A DNA stretch of 64,000 nucleotides from Candidatus Falkowbacteria bacterium (GTDB lineage: Bacteria; Patescibacteriota; Patescibacteriia; UBA11705; JABHMO01), in assembly GCA_018674305.1 (NCBI GenBank), contig JABHAL010000013.1:8553-72552 (forward strand). Reading direction: 5' to 3'. The notes beneath the pieces were generated by a model, which did not search any database, was not told the origin of the DNA, and was given only the letters and a program-made list of their open reading frames with translations. The translations under genes and the position numbers were made by a program. How positions within the stretch are numbered: the first letter of the stretch is position 1; each line of letters starts with the position of its first letter. Positions 1-8,830 of this stretch are shown in pieces.

Positions 1-60
1 AAATTTAATTATTTTATTAGGTATTGTGTATTGGGTATTGTGTATTGGGTATTAAGTGGT

Positions 61-1311
61 TTACTCATGACGCAATGCTTCAATCGGGTTTTTCTTAGCT
101 GCTTGCCTGGCCGGGTAGAGGCCAAAAACAATTCCGACGATTAATGACATGCCAACTGCGATAATCAGGCCAGGCCAGGAAATTGCAAAGGCCCAGTCAA
201 ACCCTTGAGATGTGGCAATAACTGAAACTAACCAGGAAAAACCAATTCCAATAATGATTCCAATTATTCCACCAACTAAAGTTAAAATGACCGATTCAGC
301 CAGAAATTGCCATAAAATATCTTTGTACTTGGCACCATTTGCTTTACGCAGGCCAATCTCAAAAGTTCGCTCAGTTACCGAAACATACATTATGTTCATA
401 ATACCAACACCTCCGACAATTAAGGAAATTGAACCGAGCGCGATTAATAGAATTTGAATACCATATATTACAACATCCATCATTTCTAACATTTGGTCCA
501 TGCTGATTACCGCAAAGTCATCTTTGTTCGGATCAGATATTTTATGTTGGTCGCGCATTATTAAAGTTACATCTTCGACAGTTTGTTCTCCAATCTCAGG
601 GTCAATCATCTGCGCAAAAACAAATGAAACATAATCAATACCCAGAATTCTTTTTTGTAGAGTTTGTACGGGCATAAAAATCATGTTGTCCATGTCAAAT
701 CCAAACGAAGCACCTTTTTCCTTTAGACCGCCGATAACTCGAAATTTGTCTTTATCGATTTTAATTGATTCTCCAATTGGATCTTGTTCTCCAAATAGTT
801 TATTTTTAATATCATAACCAAGAACAACCACTTTTGTTAAGGCTTTGTTTTCTTGTGCTGTGAAAAAACGGCCTTGATCAACTTCCGCAGTATCAATATC
901 AATAAAGGCCGCATTCGTTCCAAACAAAAAGGCCTTTTTTATTTCACTTTCATAATTAGCCAGTTTTTGTCCCATTACACCAACGTAATAGTTCTCAATG
1001 TTTGGATGACGACTGACCGCTTCAGCATCTTCCTCTTTTAAAGTGGTGATTACAGATCCACCAACCATGGAGAAAGCGTTGTCTACGGAGGTTTGAGATG
1101 TTTGTGGAGTTTTGACTTCAATTTCAATAAAGTCAGTTCCAAATGCTTCCAGCTCACCAACAATCAAGCCTTTAATTGCTTGACCGGTTGATAGAACAAT
1201 AATTACGGCAGCAATGCCAATCACAATTCCAAGCGCAGTCAAAAAGGTACGCCCTTTGTTTTTATTAAAGGTTGATAATGCTATTTTGATTGGAAGTAAA
1301 AAATTATTCAT
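61..1311 (-). CDS. ABC transporter permease, FtsX/MacB-like (second permease gene)
   Basis: 416 aa. N-terminal TM helix, a large periplasmic domain and a C-terminal 4-TM FtsX-type bundle. Overlaps the upstream paralog by 8 nt; in an operon with the ABC ATPase and HlyD adaptor. Confidence 0.8.
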   Translation of the reverse strand: MNNFLLPIKIALSTFNKNKGRTFLTALGIVIGIAAVIIVLSTGQAIKGLIVGELEAFGTDFIEIEVKTPQTSQTSVDNAFSMVGGSVITTLKEEDAEAVSRHPNIENYYVGVMGQKLANYESEIKKAFLFGTNAAFIDIDTAEVDQGRFFTAQENKALTKVVVLGYDIKNKLFGEQDPIGESIKIDKDKFRVIGGLKEKGASFGFDMDNMIFMPVQTLQKRILGIDYVSFVFAQMIDPEIGEQTVEDVTLIMRDQHKISDPNKDDFAVISMDQMLEMMDVVIYGIQILLIALGSISLIVGGVGIMNIMYVSVTERTFEIGLRKANGAKYKDILWQFLAESVILTLVGGIIGIIIGIGFSWLVSVIATSQGFDWAFAISWPGLIIAVGMSLIVGIVFGLYPARQAAKKNPIEALRHE

Positions 1312-2536
1312 AACGTAATGCCGTTATTGGGTCAAACTTAGCTGCCTTTTTTGCTGGATAAATACCAAAAGTTAAACCGATTAAAAAGGCAAAAACACAT
1401 GATAAAATAATTGAAAAACCGGTAATTGTGAAATCCCAGTTGTAATCAAGTTTGTTCACAATGATAGAAACTAAATAAGAAATAAAAATGCCGATAATAA
1501 TTCCAATTACGGCACCAAAAAAGGAAAGAATGATTGTTTCTGTCAAAAATTGATTGGTGATTTGACTTTTCGTAGCACCGACAGCTTTACGAAGACCAAT
1601 TTCCTTAATTCTCTCAGTTACAGAGGCAAGCATGATGTTCATGATTCCAATGCCACCTACGATTAGAGAAATGAAAACAATTGCAATTAGAAAAAATTGG
1701 AGAGCGTTGGTTACGGTTCCAAGTGCCTCCATCGCATCGGCGGTGCTTCGGACTGTAAAGTCATCATCCTCAGCGTTTTCAATGTCGTGGCGGTCTCGTA
1801 GCAATAATTTGATATCTTCAACGGCATTGGCCATATTTTCTTCCGAGTCAACTCTGGCACGAATAAAACCTAGATGATTAATTCCAACAACTTTTTTTTG
1901 CGCAGTTGTTAACGGTAAAAAAATCATTTTATCTACATTCTGAAATCCGGATGACCCGACTGGCTCAAGGACTCCGATCACTCTGAATTTATTATTTTTG
2001 ATTTTAATTTTTTCGCCAATCGGATTTACGCCTTCAAATAGGTCTTCGTTTATTTGTTGTCCAATGACGGCTACAGCACTAATATTTCGTTCATCTTCTT
2101 CTGTGAAAAAACTGCCGAGCTCAGTTTCTACGTCAGCTAACTTCGGATAGTCGGCCGATGTGCCGTAAACTGAGGCAGTTGTTTTTTGATTTGCCCAAGA
2201 AGCAGTTTTCGTTGCGCTAACGTATGATGAAACTGCTTCAATATGAGGAAGTTTAGCAATTGCTTTTGTGTCATCATCTTGCAAAGATGTGATTATGATT
2301 CCCATGGCAGCAGCCGGTGGACCATCTTCATCTCCACCACCTGGTAAAATACCAATTACATTAGAACCAATACTATTGAATTGATTAGTGATTAAGCTTT
2401 GTGCACCAGCAACAACAGAGGTAATTATTATAACTGAAGAAATTCCAATAATAATTCCAAGCATAGTCAAAAAAGAACGCATTTTCTGAGCGCGTAGATT
2501 TTTTAGTGATTGCTTGATTGTAGTTTGGATAAACAT
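1304..2536 (-). CDS. ABC transporter permease, FtsX/MacB-like (first permease gene)
   Basis: 410 aa, paralogous to 61..1311 with the same TM/periplasmic/FtsX architecture. Conserved C-terminal motif GLYPAxxAAKxxPIEALRxE is shared by both. Confidence 0.8.
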   Translation of the reverse strand: MFIQTTIKQSLKNLRAQKMRSFLTMLGIIIGISSVIIITSVVAGAQSLITNQFNSIGSNVIGILPGGGDEDGPPAAAMGIIITSLQDDDTKAIAKLPHIEAVSSYVSATKTASWANQKTTASVYGTSADYPKLADVETELGSFFTEEDERNISAVAVIGQQINEDLFEGVNPIGEKIKIKNNKFRVIGVLEPVGSSGFQNVDKMIFLPLTTAQKKVVGINHLGFIRARVDSEENMANAVEDIKLLLRDRHDIENAEDDDFTVRSTADAMEALGTVTNALQFFLIAIVFISLIVGGIGIMNIMLASVTERIKEIGLRKAVGATKSQITNQFLTETIILSFFGAVIGIIIGIFISYLVSIIVNKLDYNWDFTITGFSIILSCVFAFLIGLTFGIYPAKKAAKFDPITALRYE

Positions 2537-2620
2537 TTTTTAAAATTTTCAATTTACAATTTTGCAATTTTCATTAAATTTCTAATTTGCAATTTTCAAA
2601 CTGCCTTCTGTTTGAAAATT

Positions 2621-3358
2621 TTACTTCGCAAGGTCGTCGCCATCTTTAAATATGTGCCGATTCTTAACTTGTTTGTCTGTTGAAATCAAGCCGTCTCTCA
2701 TGAATATAATTCTTTTTGCAGCATCAGCAACATCTTGTTCGTGAGTAACCATGATAATCGTTTTTCCTTGTTTATTTAAGTCTTGAAGAATTTTCATAAT
2801 GGAGGCACCGGTTTTAGAATCCAAATTACCGGTTGGCTCATCTGCTAGAATTACGTCCGGATCATTAACCAAAGCTCGCGCAATTGCTACGCGTTGTTTT
2901 TCTCCACCGGAAAGTTGATTTGAAAAATGATCTTTGCGATGTTCAAGGCTGACGGCCTTGATTGCTTTATTGGTTTTAACTTTATGTTCGGCGTTGGAAA
3001 GTTTACCGTAAACAAGTGGTAGTCTGACGTTATCAAAAACCGTTGTTCTGGTTAGAAGATTAAAGGATTGAAAAACAAAACCAATTTCTTTATTGCGCAA
3101 GCCGGCTAATTCTTCTTCTTCTAAAGCAGTTGTATTTTTTCCTTTGAAAAAATATTCACCTTTGGTTGGTTTATCCAGAAATCCGACAATATGCATTAAC
3201 GTTGATTTTCCAGAACCGGACGGGCCCATGATCGCTAAAAATTCACCTTGCTCAATTGTAAAGCTAGCTTCTTGTAGAGCCATAGTCTCCACATCTTCTG
3301 TTTTATAGCAGCGTTGTAAACTTCGTACGTCAATTAATTTTTTTTCTTGTTTTTCCAT
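2621..3358 (-). CDS. ABC transporter ATP-binding protein (MacB/LolD-type)
   Basis: Walker [13 protein letters not shown] signature [15 protein letters not shown], Walker [12 protein letters not shown] and an H-loop VTHE. Confidence 0.92.
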   Translation of the reverse strand: MEKQEKKLIDVRSLQRCYKTEDVETMALQEASFTIEQGEFLAIMGPSGSGKSTLMHIVGFLDKPTKGEYFFKGKNTTALEEEELAGLRNKEIGFVFQSFNLLTRTTVFDNVRLPLVYGKLSNAEHKVKTNKAIKAVSLEHRKDHFSNQLSGGEKQRVAIARALVNDPDVILADEPTGNLDSKTGASIMKILQDLNKQGKTIIMVTHEQDVADAAKRIIFMRDGLISTDKQVKNRHIFKDGDDLAK

Positions 3359-3372
3359 GGTAATGTTTGTTA

Positions 3373-5124
3373 TTATTTTCCGTTTTTAATACTGATCACA
3401 ATTTCATCTCCTTCGTTAATACCTTCAAGAATTTCCACGTTACCGTTTGAACCACGAAGACCGGTTCTAACTTTTACTTCTGTGAAATCAAGTCCGTCTT
3501 CATTTAATATTCGAACAATTTTATCACCGTTTTGTTTTAGAATTGCTCTTTGTGGAACGCTAATTACATTTTCCTTTTTTTCAGTTAAAATATCTAGGTC
3601 AGCGGTCATTCCAGATTTAATTAAATCACTTTCCTCATCAAATTGAAAAGTAACTTTATAAGTTGGCACATTATCAATAATGGTTTCCGCTGGGTCAATT
3701 TTAATTACTGTGGCCTGGAATTCTTTATCGCTACTATATGCGTCAAGAGTTACAATTCCAATATCGTCAATTTTAATATTAGCAATATCCACTTCCGGTA
3801 CGTTAGCCTCGATTTGATACTTTGCTTCAGAAATTACAGTTATGACTTGTGAATTTGCTGCCACAATTTCACCCAACTTAGCATCAATTTTAGTTACAAT
3901 GCCCTGAATGGGGGAGGTTATATATGTCTTACCAATTTGGGCTTGATAATTAGCTACATTGGCCTGCGCGGATTTAATTGAAGCTAGCTGAGAATCAACA
4001 TTTGCTTGAGCTTGGTCAACTTTTGCTTGTTGAGCAGCAATTTGCTCTGAGGTATAGCCAGCCTGAGATAAGGTTAGTTCGTTTTGTGCAGTGGTTATAA
4101 CACTTTGTTTTGTGTTAACAGTAGTCTGTGCCGCAATAATGTTACTTTCACTTGTTGCTTTCTGGAGAATAATAGCTTGTTCTTTCGTTGTTAAAGCCGT
4201 TATCTCAGAATCAATATCAGTTTTTTCTGTATTTATAATAGTAATATTAGCAGAGCTCATTTCTAAAACGATTGGTATGTTATTCAATTCAGTTTTAACG
4301 GTTTGTATAGCGTTTTTTACGGTTTGTAGGGCATTGTCAATGTTGCTATGAGTTGGATCAGCTTGGGTACTTAACAAAATCCCTTTTGCGCCACCAGTTA
4401 AACCGCTTAGATTGCTTTTTGTCCAACGACCAGCATTGGTCGCTCCCCAAATTGGATAAATCATATTACCTTTAGCCGTTGAGAACTTTGAACTGTCCTG
4501 GTCATTGTCATTAAAATAGGTAGCTTGAATATCCGTAATTGTATAAATAGTGTTTTCTGCTGTAGTTATGGAAGTAGACAGTGCGTTGAGTGCAGCTTCA
4601 TAGTCTTCAGCCAAGTCAGTAGTCGCTTTGTTTTGTACATTAGTTAAATTTGATTGAGCGTCAGTCAAAGCAACCAAAGCATTATTAACAGCAGTTTGTT
4701 TTATTTGTAATGTTTCAGGTCTAGTGCCCAGTTTGTATTCTTCTAACGTAGATTGTTGCGTGGCCAAGGCCGCTTGGTATTGAAGTAATTGCGCCTTAGC
4801 TTGATCAACTTGAGCAGAAGCTTGATTACGTTGCGCCGCCAGATCAGCATTATTTAATCTTAGCAATACTTTTCCCTTGAAGACTTGATCACCAACCTTA
4901 ACGGGTAAATAGGTCACTTTACCGCTTTTTTCCAAGGCTAAATCAACTTCTTCAGCAGCTTGCACTGAACCTGTAATGCTGATTTCTTGAATTAGCTCTC
5001 CAGCCTGAATTTCAAGAGTGTCAAATTCAGGTAGTACAGGTTTTTTGGCTTGGTAAATGAAAAAACCAACGATGATAATAACGATGACTGTAATGATCCA
5101 AAAACTTTTTTTCTTGTAAAACAT
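3373..5124 (-). CDS. HlyD-family periplasmic adaptor (MacA-like) with very long coiled-coil
   Basis: 583 aa. N-terminal TM anchor (FWIITVIVIIIVGFF), a biotinyl-lipoyl-like beta-hairpin, a long Q/A-rich coiled coil and a C-terminal beta-barrel. Lies adjacent to the ABC ATPase and permeases. Confidence 0.7.
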   Translation of the reverse strand: MFYKKKSFWIITVIVIIIVGFFIYQAKKPVLPEFDTLEIQAGELIQEISITGSVQAAEEVDLALEKSGKVTYLPVKVGDQVFKGKVLLRLNNADLAAQRNQASAQVDQAKAQLLQYQAALATQQSTLEEYKLGTRPETLQIKQTAVNNALVALTDAQSNLTNVQNKATTDLAEDYEAALNALSTSITTAENTIYTITDIQATYFNDNDQDSSKFSTAKGNMIYPIWGATNAGRWTKSNLSGLTGGAKGILLSTQADPTHSNIDNALQTVKNAIQTVKTELNNIPIVLEMSSANITIINTEKTDIDSEITALTTKEQAIILQKATSESNIIAAQTTVNTKQSVITTAQNELTLSQAGYTSEQIAAQQAKVDQAQANVDSQLASIKSAQANVANYQAQIGKTYITSPIQGIVTKIDAKLGEIVAANSQVITVISEAKYQIEANVPEVDIANIKIDDIGIVTLDAYSSDKEFQATVIKIDPAETIIDNVPTYKVTFQFDEESDLIKSGMTADLDILTEKKENVISVPQRAILKQNGDKIVRILNEDGLDFTEVKVRTGLRGSNGNVEILEGINEGDEIVISIKNGK

Positions 5125-5125
5125 A

Positions 5126-5551
5126 TTACTTGTAATTATTTAATATTTTTTGATATATATTGACCAGATTTTTTTTGTCTTGTTCGTCTAGGACTTTAAA
5201 CATTTCTTGAGCGATTTTTTTCATTTTTATAACGGTTTGCTTTATAAAAGTTTCGCCATCTGGCGTGACTTGCAAATTAATTTTTCTGCGATCACTTTTT
5301 GAATGGGTTCGTTTGACTAAGCCTTGCTTTTCAAGTTTGTCGATCAGGGTGGTGGCGGACGGACTGGTTATAGCTAGAAATTCAGCTACGTCCTTGCTTA
5401 AAGTTTTAGGATTTTTTAAAATAAAACTTAGGGTTTCAGCCTGAATATAGTCTACTGGACTAAAGTTTTTTTCTTTGCACATAGAATTCATGAGTGCTCG
5501 CTTGGTGGCGAACAGCATAGAAACTAATTGTGAGTTTAGGGTCTTTGGCAT
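5126..5551 (-). CDS. MarR-family transcriptional regulator
   Basis: 141 aa with a winged-helix pattern (ITSPSATTLIDKLEKQGLVKR..DRR) typical of MarR. It is the first gene of the efflux operon and ends 2 nt before the HlyD start. Confidence 0.7.
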   Translation of the reverse strand: MPKTLNSQLVSMLFATKRALMNSMCKEKNFSPVDYIQAETLSFILKNPKTLSKDVAEFLAITSPSATTLIDKLEKQGLVKRTHSKSDRRKINLQVTPDGETFIKQTVIKMKKIAQEMFKVLDEQDKKNLVNIYQKILNNYK

Positions 5552-5650
5552 ATAATTAGTTTGTCTAACTATTAGGTAGTCTAATTATAACGAATTGAAT
5601 AGATTTGTCAAGTAAAAAAACACAGCCGGTGAGGGCTGTGAGTTGTGAGT

Positions 5651-5950
5651 TTAATCTTTAAGTCGTTCAATTAATCTTTCGGTGATAGACTCGATTACAC
5701 CTGGGCGTTTCTCGAGAGAGTAAACATCTAGATAAAGAGCCATATCAGAAAAGATTAGGTTAAATAGTTTACAAAGACGAATCAGCAGTTCGAGTGAAAT
5801 GGACGTTTTTTTCTTCTCAAGTATGGAAATGTAGGATTCTGAATAATTCAGCCTTTCACCTAGGTCTTTTTGTGACCAACCAGTTTGTGCACGTAGTGCA
5901 GTGATGAGGTTTCCTATGCCAAGCCCAAGAAGTCGTCTATTGTTATCCAT
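5651..5950 (-). CDS. XRE-family HTH transcriptional regulator
   Basis: HTH_3-like segment LRAQTGWSQKDLGERLNYSESYISILEKKK. The start is chosen at the internal Met (MDNNRR), which has an upstream AGGGG SD-like sequence; the ORF-track start at 6082 adds a non-conserved extension. Confidence 0.55.
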   Translation of the reverse strand: MDNNRRLLGLGIGNLITALRAQTGWSQKDLGERLNYSESYISILEKKKTSISLELLIRLCKLFNLIFSDMALYLDVYSLEKRPGVIESITERLIERLKD

Positions 5951-6166
5951 GATGGCCCCTAGATTGTTTGTGTGAAGGAACAATAGTTTTAGTATATAGA
6001 ATGAGGGGTTTTTGTCAACCGATATTAGTAGAGTCAATTCATGAATTGACTCTATTGGTGATATCATTCTAAATTTAGACAATAATCATGGTTGATTCTT
6101 GACTTTTGTATTGTAATAATGTATATTGTTTAGTTAATTGTGTAATTTTACAATGGAGGTAGAGAT

Positions 6167-6286
6167 ATGCCATATTTTTGGGCAATTGTGGATGTGGTTG
6201 TGATTCTTGGAGTAGTGGTTATGGTTGCTGTCGCAACTGATTGGATTAACAGAAAATCAGGATTTGAAAACGGCAAACTCGATTGA
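6167..6286 (+). CDS. small hydrophobic peptide (39 aa, single TM)
   Basis: ATG preceded by a strong SD (aatGGAGGtagagatATG). Encodes MPYFWAIVDVVVILGVVVMVAVATDWINRKSGFENGKLD. It replaces the antisense ORF-track call 6148..6351. Confidence 0.35.
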   Translation: MPYFWAIVDVVVILGVVVMVAVATDWINRKSGFENGKLD

Positions 6287-6399
6287 GTTGAAGTTTCAAA
6301 AGCGAAACTAACCGTGATCCATTCAAGATCTGGCTCCCTGGGTTTAAACAATGAACATACAAAAAAGAAGCGTTACCGAGTGGTGCTTCTTTTTTCTTT

Positions 6400-6440
6400 A
6401 CCAAAAAACGTCCATATTTATCCTAGGACGTCTTTTTTTG
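6400..6440. terminator. bidirectional rho-independent terminator (L28 3' end)
   Basis: Stem acgtcc/ggacgt (6408-6413 / 6426-6431) flanked by an A-run and a T-run. The L28 stop codon lies in the loop. Confidence 0.5.
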
Positions 6441-6608
6441 AACTTTTACTAAAGTTTTAATGCATTTAGTACAAAGGGTAAGTTTTTTGCCATCAATTCT
6501 CTTGGTCTGTAGGTTCGGATATTTCCTGGTTTTAGTTTTGATCATTGAGTGACTGCGCTTGATTGCTGCCTTTGGTCCTTTGCCGCATTTTTCACAGATT
6601 CTAGACAT
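6423..6608 (-). CDS. rpmB: 50S ribosomal protein L28
   Basis: 61 aa. MSRICEKCGKGPKAAIKRSHSMIKTKTRKYPNLQ matches the L28 N-terminal consensus (MSRVCxxTGKxPxxGNNxSHA..KRxxxPNLQ). Confidence 0.8.
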   Translation of the reverse strand: MSRICEKCGKGPKAAIKRSHSMIKTKTRKYPNLQTKRIDGKKLTLCTKCIKTLVKVQKKTS

Positions 6609-6729
6609 ATTATTGTTAAAACCCTAATATCTAAATAAGAAATTCTAAACAAATTCGAAATTCAAATTTTTTAATACCAAAACTATTGTAACATTTTGGA
6701 TTTAAGGAGTTTGAAATTGTTTAGAAATT

Positions 6730-6768
6730 AGAGTTTAGGATTTAGAATTTTACTAAGTGTGGTATAAT
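6730..6768 (+). promoter_or_regulatory. candidate sigma70 promoter with extended -10 (TGgTATAAT)
   Basis: tgtggtataat at 6758-6768, about 130 nt upstream of the M50 protease gene. Confidence 0.4.
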
Positions 6769-6898
6769 ACTATCATATGTGATATAATTTTGCAAGAGCA
6801 ATTACAGTTAAAAGGTAAAAAGTAAAAGTGAAAAGTGAAAGTTACAAGTATTTGCCTAGGGGTTTTATCAATGAAAACTATACTGTAAACTTTTACCT

Positions 6899-7588
6899 TT
6901 GGATTTTTACTTATCAAATATGATTATAATGCAACTATTGGATCAACCGTTATTTTTGCTAGCTTGGGTAGTAGCAATTATTTTTGTTTTAACAATTCAT
7001 GAGTTTTCTCATGCTTTAGCAGCAACTCTTTTGGGTGATGGTACAGCCAAGATGAAGGGGCGCTTAACTTTAAATCCATTTTCTCATATTAGTTGGGTAG
7101 GTTTTTTTATGCTTTTAGTGATCGGTTTTGGTTGGGGGAAACCGGTACCATTTAATCCTTACAATTTAAAGTGGTCGCGGTTTGGACCAGCAGTTGTGGC
7201 CGGAGCAGGTCCTTTGTCAAATCTAATTTGCGCTATTGTTTTCATACTTTTATTCAAAGTATTATTTCCAGCTGTGCATCCTCTGTTTTTAATATATTCC
7301 GGGATTGGAGCAGAGGGGAATTTGTTGGCTATTTTCTTGTCCTTATCAATTTTTCTGAATATCATTTTAATGTTGTTTAACTTAATTCCTCTGCCACCCC
7401 TGGATGGTTCAAAAATATTGTTTTCTTTCTTGTCAGATGTTAAGTTTTCACGCATTCGAGAAACTTTGGAACATCAGGGACCAATGATTCTATTAATGGT
7501 TATTGTCCTTGATAATATGCTTAATTTGAATTTGTTAGGAAGTCTACTTTATGGTGCATTAGACATTGTTTATAAGTGGCTATTATAG
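6899..7588 (+). CDS. site-2 protease family (peptidase M50) membrane metalloprotease
   Basis: HEFSHAL (HExxH) within a TM helix and an NLIPLPPLDGSKIL (LDG) motif. Polytopic membrane protein. Confidence 0.7.
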   Translation: MDFYLSNMIIMQLLDQPLFLLAWVVAIIFVLTIHEFSHALAATLLGDGTAKMKGRLTLNPFSHISWVGFFMLLVIGFGWGKPVPFNPYNLKWSRFGPAVVAGAGPLSNLICAIVFILLFKVLFPAVHPLFLIYSGIGAEGNLLAIFLSLSIFLNIILMLFNLIPLPPLDGSKILFSFLSDVKFSRIRETLEHQGPMILLMVIVLDNMLNLNLLGSLLYGALDIVYKWLL

Positions 7589-7704
7589 TTCTTGACGAGT
7601 TCCTTATTGTATGATATCCTTATAGCGATATTAATATAGCTTAATCTAGGCTATTTTTATTTCCCAAATCTATAACTCTAAAATTTTTAATTTTAAAAAT
7701 TATT

Positions 7705-8124
7705 ATGCCTACAATAAATCAACTAGTTAGAAAAGGTAGAAAGAGTAAAAGCTCAAAGTCAAAAACTCCGGCTTTGCAAACTGTTTTTAATACTTTAAAA
7801 AGACGTCGTAGGACTTTACCAAAAGGCGCCGCTTTTAAACGTGGTGTATGTTTAAAGGTTACAACTACAACACCAAAGAAACCTAATTCAGCTTTGCGTA
7901 AGATCGCTCGTGTTCGACTTTCGAATGGACAAGAAGTAACAGCATACATCCCAGGTGAAGGCCATAATTTGCAAGAGCATTCAATTGTAATGTTACGTGG
8001 TGGTCGAGTAAAAGATTTGCCGGGTGTACGTTACCATGTTGTGCGTGGAGTTTATGATACTCAGGGTGTTGAAGGCCGAAAACAATCAAGGTCTTTGTAC
8101 GGAGCCAAGAAAGAGAAGAAATAA
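7705..8124 (+). CDS. rpsL: 30S ribosomal protein S12
   Basis: [12 protein letters not shown]...[47 protein letters not shown], canonical S12. Confidence 0.97.
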   Translation: MPTINQLVRKGRKSKSSKSKTPALQTVFNTLKRRRRTLPKGAAFKRGVCLKVTTTTPKKPNSALRKIARVRLSNGQEVTAYIPGEGHNLQEHSIVMLRGGRVKDLPGVRYHVVRGVYDTQGVEGRKQSRSLYGAKKEKK

Positions 8125-8146
8125 ATAAGGATACTCTTAAAAGATG

Positions 8147-8212
8147 CGAAACACGGATGTTTCGTAAACAAACTAACAAAATAATTAGGTAAGCGAGACA
8201 TCACTGTCTCGC
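8147..8212 (+). promoter_or_regulatory. two perfect hairpins in rpsL-rpsG intercistronic spacer (candidate S7 feedback site)
   Basis: cgaaac-acggat-gtttcg (8147-8164) and gcgagaca-tcac-tgtctcgc (8193-8212), within an unusually long 184-nt rpsL-rpsG gap. Confidence 0.4.
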
Positions 8213-8308
8213 CCAACTCTAAATAAATTATAATAAGATAAGTTGGGAGTAATATGTGATAACTGAAATATCAATTATTACATGTGAATCTAAACTAACT
8301 TAAATTCT

Positions 8309-8806
8309 ATGCGTGGAAAACAAGCACCAAAGAGAAAGATAAAGACGGATATTCGCTACAATTCAGCCCTTGTCAGTAAGTTTATCAATTATTTAATGGA
8401 AGACGGTAAAAGAGCAGTCTCACAAAAAATTGTGTATGATTGTTTTGAGATAATCCAAAAGCAGATTGATACTGGCAAAATTAAAAAAGAGGAGTTTCCA
8501 ACTGCTCTTAGTGTTTTTGATCAAGCAGTAAAAAATGTTACTCCGCAAATGGAAGTTCGTGGTCGGCGAATAGGTGGTGGTAATTATCAGATTCCATATC
8601 CAGTTCGTGGTGAACGAAAACAATTTTTATCTTTGCATTGGTTAATAACTGCAGCAAAGAAGAAAAAAGGTAAACCAATGCACATCAAATTATCTGATGA
8701 GTTGGTAGCTGCTATGAATAGTGAGGGCGATGCTTTCAAGAAGAAAACAGACGTTCATAGAATGGCTGATTCTAATCGAGCATTTGCTCATTTTGCGCGT
8801 TATTAA
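8309..8806 (+). CDS. rpsG: 30S ribosomal protein S7
   Basis: 165 aa whose sequence matches bacterial S7 throughout, placed between rpsL and fusA. The in-frame ATG at 8396 (MEDGKRAVSQ) would give a conventional 136-aa S7 if the N-terminal 29 residues are not translated. Confidence 0.93.
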   Translation: MRGKQAPKRKIKTDIRYNSALVSKFINYLMEDGKRAVSQKIVYDCFEIIQKQIDTGKIKKEEFPTALSVFDQAVKNVTPQMEVRGRRIGGGNYQIPYPVRGERKQFLSLHWLITAAKKKKGKPMHIKLSDELVAAMNSEGDAFKKKTDVHRMADSNRAFAHFARY

Positions 8807-8830
8807 TTAAAATAAAAAAATCAAACAAGT

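Noticed and set aside
16-55. Tandem 14-mer gtattgtgtattgg x2.5 at window start
   Set aside because: Short, at the window edge and without context. It is noted but not interpretable.
212-457. Numerous short ORF-track entries antisense to or embedded in conserved genes (for example 212..457, 7719..7949, 9937..10179, 15558..15998)
   Set aside because: They overlap well-supported genes on the opposite strand or in another frame and show no motif support. They are treated as spurious.
6148-6351. 67-aa minus-strand ORF from the track
   Set aside because: No start context and Thr/Ser-rich low complexity. A plus-strand 39-aa ORF with a perfect SD occupies the same region and is the more plausible gene.
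7589-7704. rpsL promoter (TTGACG ... TATGAT)
   Set aside because: The -35-like TTGACG is present, but no -10 at an acceptable spacing could be confirmed. It is not reported as a feature.
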